From NCBI GenBank assembly GCA_965198945.1, contig CBDAQI010000005.1, forward strand, positions 1-64,000: a stretch of 64,000 nt of DNA. Reading direction: 5' to 3'. How positions within the stretch are numbered: position 1 is the stretch's first letter; every line of letters starts with the position of its first letter. Under the pieces are notes generated by a model. It saw nothing but the letters and a program-made list of their open reading frames with translations, made no database searches and was not told the DNA's origin. Of the stretch, positions 31,203-40,096 are shown piece after piece. Source of the DNA: Thermodesulfobacteriota bacterium (GTDB taxonomy: Bacteria; Desulfobacterota_D; UBA1144; Nemesobacterales; Mycalebacteriaceae). The translations under genes were made by a program, and so were the position numbers.

Positions 31203-31999
31203 GTAAAGAACTGACAATTCAGCATGGATTGGGGGATTTGGTTGTAAAGACTTTTGAAAAGATTAATTCCGTAAAAATGAAAAAAACCCTTCTTTCCGCT
31301 TTGGAAAATTACTTGGATGGCGAAGAGAGAATTCCGGCCTCAATATTCCGTCGTGAAGTTAGACGGGAAGCGGGTGATTTTTACGACACCCCCGGCTACA
31401 ACCTTCGGATATATCGGATACGCCGGGATTTTACTCAAGAGATGCTGGCAAAACTGATGAATTTAAGCAGAAAACGTATTTCTGAAATGGAGAACAACAA
31501 ACGCCCCATAGACAAAGCCACCGAGGAAAAACTGGCGAAAATCTTGAAATTTGACCGTGGTGATTTGGAGAAGCGCCGCATAAAAGACGAAGAAGACATA
31601 AAAACGGGCGAGAAGTTGAGTATTCACCATGACTTGGCGAATCTGGTTGTGGAACCTTTTGAAAAGATTGACTCCGCACGGCTGAAACAAACACTTCATT
31701 CCGCTCTGGACAACTATAGAGATGAGGAAAGAGTTTACAGTGATAGAGAGGAACTTATTCCCGCGTCCGTGCTCCTGCGGGAACCCGGAAAGGAAATCGG
31801 AGATTACGCCGATACTCCGGGTTTCAGCCTTCGGTTTTATCGCAAACGGCTGGATTTAACCCAGGCGGAATTGGCAAAAGAAACCAATATACGCCAAACT
31901 CATCTTTCCGAAATGGAAAACAATAAACGCCCGATAGGAAAAACCCTTGCTAAAAAACTTGCGAAAACGCTTAATTTTGATTACCGGAAATTATTATAG
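31199..31999 (+). CDS. XRE-HTH antitoxin made of two tandem ~130-aa units
   Basis: Both halves share L.I.H.L..LVV..FEKI.S...K.TL.SAL.NY.D.E...IPAS...TPG..LR.YR.R...TQ..LAK......SEMENNKRPI.K....KLAK.L.FD. Confidence 0.88.
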   Translation: MSKELTIQHGLGDLVVKTFEKINSVKMKKTLLSALENYLDGEERIPASIFRREVRREAGDFYDTPGYNLRIYRIRRDFTQEMLAKLMNLSRKRISEMENNKRPIDKATEEKLAKILKFDRGDLEKRRIKDEEDIKTGEKLSIHHDLANLVVEPFEKIDSARLKQTLHSALDNYRDEERVYSDREELIPASVLLREPGKEIGDYADTPGFSLRFYRKRLDLTQAELAKETNIRQTHLSEMENNKRPIGKTLAKKLAKTLNFDYRKLL

Positions 32000-32020
32000 T
32001 ATTTAAGAGATGTGGAAAGA

Positions 32021-32438
32021 ATGACAATAGATGTTAACTATCTTAACAAGTGCATCAGAGTTCTTGAAACGGGTATTGAGCGTCTGCAAGGCGGAGACGA
32101 TAAGGAACTTTACGAACTCCACTGCGCCGGGTGCGTTAAGGAATTTAAGTTAATTTTTTGAACAGAGCGGCAAACTGCTGAAAAAGCGTATAAGCGTGTA
32201 TTTTGCGACAAACAGGCAGGCGGACGATTTGAACTTTAAGGATGTTTTTCGCCATGCGGCAAAGCACAATCTGATTGATTCGGAGACTTGCGAGCGTTGG
32301 ATGAAATACCGCGACAACCACAATGACACGGCGCACAATTACGGTGAAAAGTTTGCCAACGAAACTTTGAAACTTCTGCCTTCTTTTGTTGAAGACGCGA
32401 AATCTCTGTCAAAAATGATTGAAGAAGGAGAGAAATGA
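32021..32438 (+). pseudogene. HEPN (HI0074-like nucleotidyltransferase substrate-binding) toxin, inactivated
   Basis: CVKEFKLIF, frameshift in a T-run at ~32154, then EQSGKLLKKRI...FRHAAKHNLI...W..YRDNHNDTAHNYG; the R of the RX4H motif is His. Confidence 0.8.
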
Positions 32439-32723
32439 CTGCAAAATTGGATTTAAAGGAAAGGCATAAAAAGGATATTGAACGCCTTATCAGGCAACAC
32501 CTTCCCGGTGTTGAGGTATGGGCATATGGAAGCAGGACAAACGGCAGAAGCCACGAAGGGAGCGATTTAGATTTGGTTTTGAGAACACAAGACCTAATCC
32601 CCGTTGATTATGACAACTTTTTAGCGCTCAAAGAAGCGTTAACCGAGTCTACCATTCCATCCGAGACTGCCGGAAAGTTTTCACAGTGAAATTGAAAAAG
32701 AGCATGTCGTTTTTATTGGGTGA
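32435..32723 (+). pseudogene. MNT minimal nucleotidyltransferase antitoxin, internal deletion and frameshift
   Basis: VWAYGSR...GSDLDLV; after ESTIP the frame shifts to RLPESFHSEIEKEHVVFIG*, with the usual intervening strand missing. Confidence 0.78.
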
Positions 32724-32755
32724 AGCGGGAAGATTTGGCAAGCAAGAAAAAATGT

Positions 32756-32821
32756 ATAAGAAAAGCAATCGCAGGAAAACTTGCGAAAATACTGAACTTT
32801 GATTATATGAAATTGCTGCAG
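32756..32821 (+). repeat. Duplicate of the last 22 codons of the double-HTH antitoxin
   Basis: IRKAIAGKLAKILNFDYMKLLQ versus IGKTLAKKLAKTLNFDYRKLL* (31934-31999); 47/66 nt identical, ungapped, by hand count. Confidence 0.85.
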
Positions 32822-32825
32822 GGAG

Positions 32826-32885
32826 AAAACTTGCCGCAAAAGCGGCGTGTGTTTAATGAAGGTGTTTGAGGAAATTTGAGAGATT
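32826..32885 (+). repeat. Third copy of the HO-like gene 3' end
   Basis: RKSGVCLMKVFEEI*gagatt versus RKSGERLMKVFEEM*gagatt (29998-30058). Confidence 0.85.
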
Positions 32886-34491
32886 AATTTGTTGCAATTT
32901 TTTTTATAAAAACCTTATATCCAAAGCCCTCTAATTCTTTTACAATATTTTTTAAATTCACTTTGCTAAAAAAAGGTATATCTAATGACTTCTGAGATTT
33001 GCTAATTATCGCAAATACGATTTTATACTGAGACACATCTGGTTTATTTTCAGGATGGTCAAATTTGAAATCCTCAGGCAATTTTTCATTCAATCTCTCT
33101 CTAAACACTTCGTAATTCAAAAATAACTCCGCAGAAATAAGACCTTGGGCAAACAAATGACTCAAAACTGACGAGGACCCATAATGTTTGACATGAATTA
33201 AGTGCTTGTTTGTTGAAAACAAATCGCAAAATTCAACTTTTTGATTCACTCCGCCACAACTTATGAGTTTTCTATCCATGTTGCAGATATAATCACCCAT
33301 TTCTTGTGAAACTCTCTCGTTATAGTGACCTTCATGTTCAGCCGAATTACAATCTGGCAAATCAATATCTAAATTTTGCCGGATAAAAGAAAGAAAAAAA
33401 TCAGAAATATCCCTGTCAAAATCAACATTAATCTCATACCACTTGCCATTGCTGAGTATAAAAGTTTGTTCCTCTTTCCTCACTTCGCAATACAAACATT
33501 TGTAAACTCCCCACGAGTACAAAGCTTTTTCGGAAGAAGAATCTATAGCGTCAATTGAATGAGTCTTTAAAGTTTTCAGAGAAATTTCCCTTTGAGTTTC
33601 AGAAAGAAAAAAAACATATTTTTGTAAATGAATGTCATCCCCAAATGATTTCTTTTTGCCAAGCTTGAACTCAGAAACTCTTTCCCATTCTATGACTTCC
33701 GGAATTGACATCCACGTCTTGTCAAAATCTTCATTCTTAATTTTTTCAACTAGTGATTCATCTAATTTTTGAACGATTTCAGAATCTTTAATTTCAAAAG
33801 AATAATCAATCCAACCAAAATCTTTCTTGTAATCATCTCTCGTGTATCTTTTGTAACATTCACTAAGAAACTCTTGTATAGATAAGTAGTTTATATTAAC
33901 CGTAACGATTAGCGAATCCTTTCCAGAGACAGTTTGACCAAAATCATCATAAATTGATTTTCCAGTGATTCCTTGAATCAAATCTTGCTCAATATCTACA
34001 CCAAAATCTCCAAATGTACCCTCTTTAGTAATCTGTTCTTTTGAAATCTTGGGAGTTAGTGCCATGCTTTTTTTATCTATGCTCCGAAGATTTTCTGAAT
34101 TAATAGAATTAAGAGCAACTTTCAACCCGAATCTTTCTTCATAAACTCCGGGGTTGAACATTGTATAACCATATCCAAAACACAAAGCGAAAACCCTGTT
34201 CTCGGACTTAACAAGAAATACTGCTTTTGGACTGGAATTAAATATTTTTATCTTGTCTTTGGTATCCAGCAATGATGATCCGAAAAAGAAATTTTGCACC
34301 CATAGGGGAGAATGTTGTTCGGAATCCGCATAGTACAAAACCCCTATTGCAGTTTTAGAAAAAGATTGAATTTCCTCTTTTCTTAACCTTTCAAAATCTT
34401 TGAGAATTTCTTCATGTTGAGAACAAGAAGATTTAATCAAATATATTGACAACCTATTTTTTCGCGTACCTACTCGTTTTTCTCCTGCCAA
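32884..34491 (-). CDS. TIGR04141/DUF6119-like sporadically distributed protein with a putative C-terminal nuclease
   Basis: LSIYLIK, FALCFGYG, EERFGLKVALN, GKWYEI, EGHYN, VEFCDLF..LIHVK, SSVLSHLFAQG, IPFFSKVNL (family recalled, not searched); AT-rich. Confidence 0.75.
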   Translation of the reverse strand: MAGEKRVGTRKNRLSIYLIKSSCSQHEEILKDFERLRKEEIQSFSKTAIGVLYYADSEQHSPLWVQNFFFGSSLLDTKDKIKIFNSSPKAVFLVKSENRVFALCFGYGYTMFNPGVYEERFGLKVALNSINSENLRSIDKKSMALTPKISKEQITKEGTFGDFGVDIEQDLIQGITGKSIYDDFGQTVSGKDSLIVTVNINYLSIQEFLSECYKRYTRDDYKKDFGWIDYSFEIKDSEIVQKLDESLVEKIKNEDFDKTWMSIPEVIEWERVSEFKLGKKKSFGDDIHLQKYVFFLSETQREISLKTLKTHSIDAIDSSSEKALYSWGVYKCLYCEVRKEEQTFILSNGKWYEINVDFDRDISDFFLSFIRQNLDIDLPDCNSAEHEGHYNERVSQEMGDYICNMDRKLISCGGVNQKVEFCDLFSTNKHLIHVKHYGSSSVLSHLFAQGLISAELFLNYEVFRERLNEKLPEDFKFDHPENKPDVSQYKIVFAIISKSQKSLDIPFFSKVNLKNIVKELEGFGYKVFIKKIATN

Positions 34492-35132
34492 TACTTTCTT
34501 ACCCCCTTAAAGTGTTTTATACGCTCATTGATCTTGAGAATTTCCTTTGGGTAGAAATCCAGAAGATTATCACACATCTCAATCATCCAGTTTTTACGCT
34601 TATTTTTTGGGGTAAGAGTAACAGTATTGGCATTGGCAATCTGGATTTGTCCCCAACCCAACGCACCAAGTGTGAGACAATCCCAAGAAACAAATTCTAT
34701 CGGGACAAAAGTGACCTTATCAATTAGGATTTTCAAATTCTCTATTCTGTAATTCACTTTCAATATACAGAAGTAATTTTTATCATCCTCGTAAAAACGT
34801 GACAGTCTCTCAACCGATGTGAGGTTCGGCATATTAAACTTTGTATCAAGCCGATGAGTTTTAACATCAATAACGTAATAGAAATCGTCCCTGTCGGCAA
34901 AAACAAGATCTGCCATAGCACGCCGCGCAAATTGTGAAGAATACTCTTTTGATAAATCTCCCAAAATCCTACCAAAATTTTCGACAATGATATTTTCTAT
35001 TGCGTCACCAACAGCGCGGGGACTGTTGATTGTTCTGGAGGAAAGGAAATCTGCTTGTTCATTAAGAAATTCTCTGATTTCTTTTTCAAGCTCTTTGTGG
35101 GTATTTGTATAGAAAATTTTACTTTTCAACAT
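34470..35132 (-). CDS. Putative Type II restriction endonuclease (PD-(D/E)XK)
   Basis: GDAIE...MADLVF...IDVKTH motif; coupled to the MTase by a TAATG overlap. Confidence 0.7.
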   Translation of the reverse strand: MLKSKIFYTNTHKELEKEIREFLNEQADFLSSRTINSPRAVGDAIENIIVENFGRILGDLSKEYSSQFARRAMADLVFADRDDFYYVIDVKTHRLDTKFNMPNLTSVERLSRFYEDDKNYFCILKVNYRIENLKILIDKVTFVPIEFVSWDCLTLGALGWGQIQIANANTVTLTPKNKRKNWMIEMCDNLLDFYPKEILKINERIKHFKGVRKYWQEKNE

Positions 35133-36148
35133 TATGGAAGTTTGTTACTAAATAACGGCATTTGGCTTTCTGATTTATTGCCGTTCTTGCCGTTGCCATT
35201 CAGTTGCTCATTGAGCGTATTCCGCTCCCAGAAAACACCGTTGCAGTAACCTTGTATCGTTTTGTCTGACTCCGCCATTTCAAGGCGTTTCTCAGCAAGG
35301 CAGCAGTAAAGTTCATCTATCTCTACTCCCACATAGTTTCTTCCCAGTTTCTTTGCCACAACCGATGTGGTGCCGGAACCGAGAAAAGGGTCAAAAACGA
35401 CATCTCCGTGCTTTGAACTTGCAAGAAGGATTTTCGCAACGAGTTTTTCAGGTTTTTGTGTCAGGTGGTCGGTATTTTCTGGCATAGACCAAAATGGAAC
35501 AGTAATGTCGGTCCAAATGTTTGAGGGATATGTCAGGCGGTATCTGCCGTTTCCTTCTTCATTCCAGTCTTTCGCTTTGCCGGAACCATCACGATATGGA
35601 GCGATGACCTTTCTTTTTACTTTTACGGCATTAACATCAAAGTGATAATCTTTTGACATTGTGCAAAACCAAATATCCTCGGAGCTGTTTTTCCAATTCG
35701 TTTTTGCTCCCCGTCCTTTTTCCCGTTCAAAGGTTATGCGATTTTGAATCTCAAAATATTTTCCGGCAACATTGAAAATCGCGCCCGATGACCTCCAGTC
35801 TCCGCAAATATAGATTGATGAGGTTGATTTCAAAAGGCGAACCATTCTGCCGACCCATGAGTCAAGCCATTTCTCATATTTTTCCGACTCCATTTCTTTG
35901 AAAGTTGTGAGATTGAATGTTTTGTTTAGATTGTAAGGAGGGTCTACAAAAACGACATCAATAAAACTATCGGGCAGATGATCCAGCACTTCAAAAATGT
36001 CTTGGTTTATTGTTTTGTTCAAAACATCATCAACAGAGACCGAACCGCCAATTTGAACAAAACGCTTTTTATATCTAATTCGCTCTCTGTCATCCAAAGT
36101 AATAGTGCGATTGCGTGGAGCACGCTGTTTTACTAAGTTTGAAACCAT
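35132..36148 (-). CDS. DNA methyltransferase, N4/N6, beta class
   Basis: DPPY precedes VFDPFLGSGTT; H.TQKPEKL. Confidence 0.92.
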   Translation of the reverse strand: MVSNLVKQRAPRNRTITLDDRERIRYKKRFVQIGGSVSVDDVLNKTINQDIFEVLDHLPDSFIDVVFVDPPYNLNKTFNLTTFKEMESEKYEKWLDSWVGRMVRLLKSTSSIYICGDWRSSGAIFNVAGKYFEIQNRITFEREKGRGAKTNWKNSSEDIWFCTMSKDYHFDVNAVKVKRKVIAPYRDGSGKAKDWNEEGNGRYRLTYPSNIWTDITVPFWSMPENTDHLTQKPEKLVAKILLASSKHGDVVFDPFLGSGTTSVVAKKLGRNYVGVEIDELYCCLAEKRLEMAESDKTIQGYCNGVFWERNTLNEQLNGNGKNGNKSESQMPLFSNKLP

Positions 36149-36486
36149 CTCTAAATCAAATCATCAACTTCCACACTACTAGTAATGGAATCTGATGTTT
36201 CCAACAGTATATCAGACAACAAAATTCCAAGGGGCTTTAATCTGACTTCAACTCAAAAGCCAACAATTTGAAACCCTTCATACTTGTAAACTCTTTTACC
36301 ATAAACGGTAACACTTTTTATCAATACAAACCGCTCAAAACGCAACCGGGCACTGGAATTACGGTTGACTCAATACACGGTTTCTCAGTTTAGTTCACAA
36401 GCGCGGGAACCCGATAAAAGTTGACCGGAGCACTTGTCTGCCAAACCACCGTCTATTTTTATGCAGAATATTAAGAACTTCCCTAC

Positions 36487-37530
36487 CTACCCCCCGAACC
36501 AGCCGTTCAAAACTGCCGAAAGCAGAACAATTTGCGGCACCGCCACAAGCGGAATAAAAAGAGACAGTTTCCACGAGCGGGTTGTGTCTTTCACGGCCAT
36601 AATTTCGGTGTAATCGGTAGCCGCGCCCGACATGAGAAAAGCAAACGCATTGCCCGGCGCATGGGCGCGCGTCAGCAAATCAGCCGCGATGGGAGTTGAA
36701 CCCTCGGAGCAAACCTCAATTACCACAGCGGCTATAAGGGTCAGCCCCAGTCCGGCAAGGGTCGGACCGAAAAGCTCTTCATAGCCTATGTGTGTGCCAA
36801 AAACTCTTATGACGGCAGCGAGAAGCACTCCGAGAAGAAGCCAGCGCAAAACGGGTTTTGAATCCCTGAAAGCGGATTTGACGAGGAACAAGGCTGTGTT
36901 CCTGTTCAGACGTATCTCTGAAAGTGATGAAAAAACCATTTTCAGTCCTCCGGACACGGGACTGACAGTGTTGGGATTGGGCGGCAGAACGGATTTTTTT
37001 TCAAGACTGACAAAAACAAGACCCGTCATAAACGCCACCGCCATTGAAAGAATAACAAAAGCAGCCGTCCACCATATACCCACAAGCGCGATGAGAACCA
37101 AGGTGAGTGAAAGTGAGTTCCAGGGACTCGCCAGAAGAAAAGCCGCAATCTGCCCCATGCTCGCGCCGCGCTCATAAAGCTTCATGCCAAGCAGAACTAT
37201 GCCGTGATTGCAAACATCAAAAAATACTCCGGCAAAAACTGCACGCAAAATACCGCGGGAACTTGAGCCGTTGCCAAGAATGGAAGAAACCGCCTCACGA
37301 GGCACAAGAGACAGTAAAGCTATTGAAACAACGCCAAGGGCAACTCCGGGCAGAATCGTGACCGTTATTTCACGCACTGCAAAGGTCAAATCACTGAACC
37401 ACGGACTTTGTGAAGAGAAAAAATCCGCCGCATAAAGAAAAACCACCGCAGACAGACACCCCCAGAAAAGGTAGTCAAAAGATTCGGAACTGTGACAACC
37501 GCCGGTATGAGAGTGATGAGATTCCCTCAT
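36487..37530 (-). CDS. Predicted permease (DUF318/ArsP-like), His-rich N-terminus
   Basis: Multiple TM segments; duplicated VC..G motifs (DVCNHG, EVCSEG) and AFLLASP / AFLMSGA. Confidence 0.8.
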   Translation of the reverse strand: MRESHHSHTGGCHSSESFDYLFWGCLSAVVFLYAADFFSSQSPWFSDLTFAVREITVTILPGVALGVVSIALLSLVPREAVSSILGNGSSSRGILRAVFAGVFFDVCNHGIVLLGMKLYERGASMGQIAAFLLASPWNSLSLTLVLIALVGIWWTAAFVILSMAVAFMTGLVFVSLEKKSVLPPNPNTVSPVSGGLKMVFSSLSEIRLNRNTALFLVKSAFRDSKPVLRWLLLGVLLAAVIRVFGTHIGYEELFGPTLAGLGLTLIAAVVIEVCSEGSTPIAADLLTRAHAPGNAFAFLMSGAATDYTEIMAVKDTTRSWKLSLFIPLVAVPQIVLLSAVLNGWFGG

Positions 37531-37540
37531 AAGAGAACTG

Positions 37541-37623
37541 CGGAGGGCGAGGGATTCGAACCCCCAAGTCCGTTAGGACGCCGGTTTTCAAGACCGGTGC
37601 ATTAGCCGTTCTGCCAGCCCTCC
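37541..37623 (-). tRNA. tRNA-Ser(TGA), CCA not encoded
   Basis: ggagggctggcagaacggctaatgca-ccggtctTGAaaaccgg, variable arm, gggggttcgaatccctcgccctccg. Confidence 0.92.
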
Positions 37624-37634
37624 GGTTGGGGAAA

Positions 37635-39308
37635 TTATACAGGATTTGAAACCGCTGCGGCGGAGGGTTTGGCTTCCTCTTTCAGCATGGGAAGATATTT
37701 TCCGCCAAGCAGTATGCTTCCGCGCTCGGCGCCGCTCATAAGACGCCCCACCATATAGTCTCTGTCCGCGCCGACTATGTTAACTCCGTGGTCGCTTTCA
37801 ACCAGACACAAAAGCTTCATGTCTCGTTCGGCGGAGGGATTGTCCGCCACTTTGTATACGGCCGCGTAGTTCAAAAGCGCCGCCTCAACCGTTCCGCACG
37901 GAAGAGACGGATTTTCCGCGCCTTCGCAAAACTCTCCGTTCTCAAACCACTGCGGAGACGGATAGCCGTGAAAATGCAAGACGGAAATACCGTCTTTTTC
38001 AACCATTTCGGGCATGTAAATGGCAAATGAAAACGCCTGCGCCAGAATTACAAAAGTGTCAAAAGAGGGTCTGATGTCGCGGCGCGAAAGATCCATTCCG
38101 GCCGGAATTTGAAGGTGCAGCTTTCCTTTGATAATCCCTATGCGCACAATATCGGTCATCGGATCAAGATTTGTTTTGTCACAACCCGAACGGGAAGTTA
38201 CCGTCCAAATGTCCGGAACCTGTCTGAAACTCTCAGCGCCCGCCACATTAATCTTCACATACCACCTGCCGGACTCCGATTCCCTCACATCCGTAAGGCC
38301 CGAAACCCGGGAAAATGCTTCCCACTCTTCGGCTGAAACCTCTTTGGGGCCCTCGTATACGGGCGGTTCAACAATCGCTATAAAACCGTAGGAAACACCC
38401 GTTCTGCCGTCAAGTATGTTGCTGAGCACATCACGATGAGAAACGCGACGTATGCGCTCGCTGAATTTGTATCCTTCGGGGAAAAGACCGGTCGGCCTGA
38501 CCATTTTGCCGAGATTTGCAAGTGCCTCGGTGTTGGGGTTTTCCGCCGGATTATAATCCTCTATATTGAACCTGCTAAGTATCGGAGGTTTTATCGGAGC
38601 GTAAATCTTCGGCACAAGCGAATTCAGAACAAAACCGTCAAGCTGGCCGTGCGAGTAAACCGAATCGGACAGGTTCATGTTGATTATGGCGAAATTCTCA
38701 TCGGAAACGCCGATTACGATCTCAGACATTGTGCCGATGAGGTGGCTTAAACCGATTTCTATTTTCACATCGTAGGTTGTCTCTTCGTTTTCAAACTCCT
38801 TTTCAAGAGGCACAATCGTTATGACCTGCGTGCTGAATGGGTCTTGAATATACTTCTGAGTAAAGTCATCCGCCCAGCCGCTTATTTTCAATATCTCCAT
38901 GACCGACCTTCCGGGCTTTCTCACAATCCCGTAAATCCATTCCGCAAGCGCACTGAGCGCCCTGCGCAGTATTGAAGGACTTCTTTTGACATCCACAACC
39001 GCGTTTATATCTCTTTTGACCCTTCTGATTTTGAAAATGCGGGAGATAATGCCAAACGCATTATCCTGAACGGTCGCTTCCTCCCACGGCACAATGGTAA
39101 CGCCAATCCGCTGAAGACTGTCTTTGAGTTTGCCGGAGAAAGATTTAATTCTCTCCTCCCCGTACCGGCCCGGAACGGGACGGAAAGACACCCGCACATT
39201 TGAAGCCATTTCATTCGGGTCTATCGGGTTTGCGCAATTGCGCAACCGCGGCATTCCCGTGAGGGAAACTATCGTTTTAAGGTCAATATCTGCTAATTTC
39301 CGGCTCAT
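37635..39308 (-). CDS. Hypothetical protein with a class II aldolase/adducin-like C-terminus
   Basis: Long ORF; VTSRSGCDK, RPSFD, LHFHGY, PCGT, DHG resemble class II aldolase Zn/phosphate motifs; GAAGGTG before the ATG at 39308. Confidence 0.6.
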   Translation of the reverse strand: MSRKLADIDLKTIVSLTGMPRLRNCANPIDPNEMASNVRVSFRPVPGRYGEERIKSFSGKLKDSLQRIGVTIVPWEEATVQDNAFGIISRIFKIRRVKRDINAVVDVKRSPSILRRALSALAEWIYGIVRKPGRSVMEILKISGWADDFTQKYIQDPFSTQVITIVPLEKEFENEETTYDVKIEIGLSHLIGTMSEIVIGVSDENFAIINMNLSDSVYSHGQLDGFVLNSLVPKIYAPIKPPILSRFNIEDYNPAENPNTEALANLGKMVRPTGLFPEGYKFSERIRRVSHRDVLSNILDGRTGVSYGFIAIVEPPVYEGPKEVSAEEWEAFSRVSGLTDVRESESGRWYVKINVAGAESFRQVPDIWTVTSRSGCDKTNLDPMTDIVRIGIIKGKLHLQIPAGMDLSRRDIRPSFDTFVILAQAFSFAIYMPEMVEKDGISVLHFHGYPSPQWFENGEFCEGAENPSLPCGTVEAALLNYAAVYKVADNPSAERDMKLLCLVESDHGVNIVGADRDYMVGRLMSGAERGSILLGGKYLPMLKEEAKPSAAAVSNPV

Positions 39309-39327
39309 TTCACCTTCCCCTGATAAT

Positions 39328-40062
39328 TTATTGGGCGGAGACCTCATCCCGCAGGCGCTCATCCACTTTCTTCAGCATTGCATCTCTCACGAGACCCTCA
39401 ATCTCTTCCCTTCCCTCTTTTCCGCCGGGAAACTGCGCCGGATAAACCGGAGGCAGAAATTCAACGGACATTTTTTCACCCGTTTTCAATATACGGTCGG
39501 TTTTTCTCTTAACATTCTTTCCGCCCCATATAATCATCGGAACAACCGGAGAACCGGACAGAGATGCGAGCAGAAAGCCGCCTTTTTTGAAATCAAGCAG
39601 CCGCCCGCTTTCACTGCGCGTTCCCTCAGGAGCGAGCACAATCGTATGTTTTTCTTTGCGAATTCCGCGTGCCATAAACTTTAACTGTCTGGAATCCCCG
39701 CTTCCGCCGTCCCTAGGGACGAAGTAATGTCCCGTCATTTTTGAAACCCATCCGACAAAAGGGATCCTCAGAACCTCGTCTTTCATAACCAGTTTGTATT
39801 CTCCCGGCAGAGAGGCCACAAGAGCGGGAATGTCCAGTGAACTCTGGTGATTGTACATTATAACTGACGGTTCGGACGGAATATTTTCAACCCCCCTGAT
39901 TTCAAAGGACACTCCGCAACAGAAAAGCACGGCTCTGCCCCACGGGCGCACCGCAAGCCTTATAACATAGCCCGGAGCAAAAAGGGAAAGAAAAACTCCT
40001 GTAATACCGAAAAATAAAGTGGCCGCCGAAGAAAAAAAAACGGCGGCTAAACCTTTTAGCAT
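39328..40062 (-). CDS. plsC: 1-acyl-sn-glycerol-3-phosphate acyltransferase
   Basis: NHQSSLD, PEGTRS, FKKGGF, PVVP. Confidence 0.88.
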   Translation of the reverse strand: MLKGLAAVFFSSAATLFFGITGVFLSLFAPGYVIRLAVRPWGRAVLFCCGVSFEIRGVENIPSEPSVIMYNHQSSLDIPALVASLPGEYKLVMKDEVLRIPFVGWVSKMTGHYFVPRDGGSGDSRQLKFMARGIRKEKHTIVLAPEGTRSESGRLLDFKKGGFLLASLSGSPVVPMIIWGGKNVKRKTDRILKTGEKMSVEFLPPVYPAQFPGGKEGREEIEGLVRDAMLKKVDERLRDEVSAQ

Positions 40063-40096
40063 TATCGGTTCAGACTACACCCTGCGCCCCGGTGTT

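Noticed and set aside
29271..37623. tRNA-targeted genomic island between tRNA-Arg and tRNA-Ser
   Set aside because: No duplicated tRNA 3' fragment and no integrase; the boundaries map to the HO-like gene tail instead.
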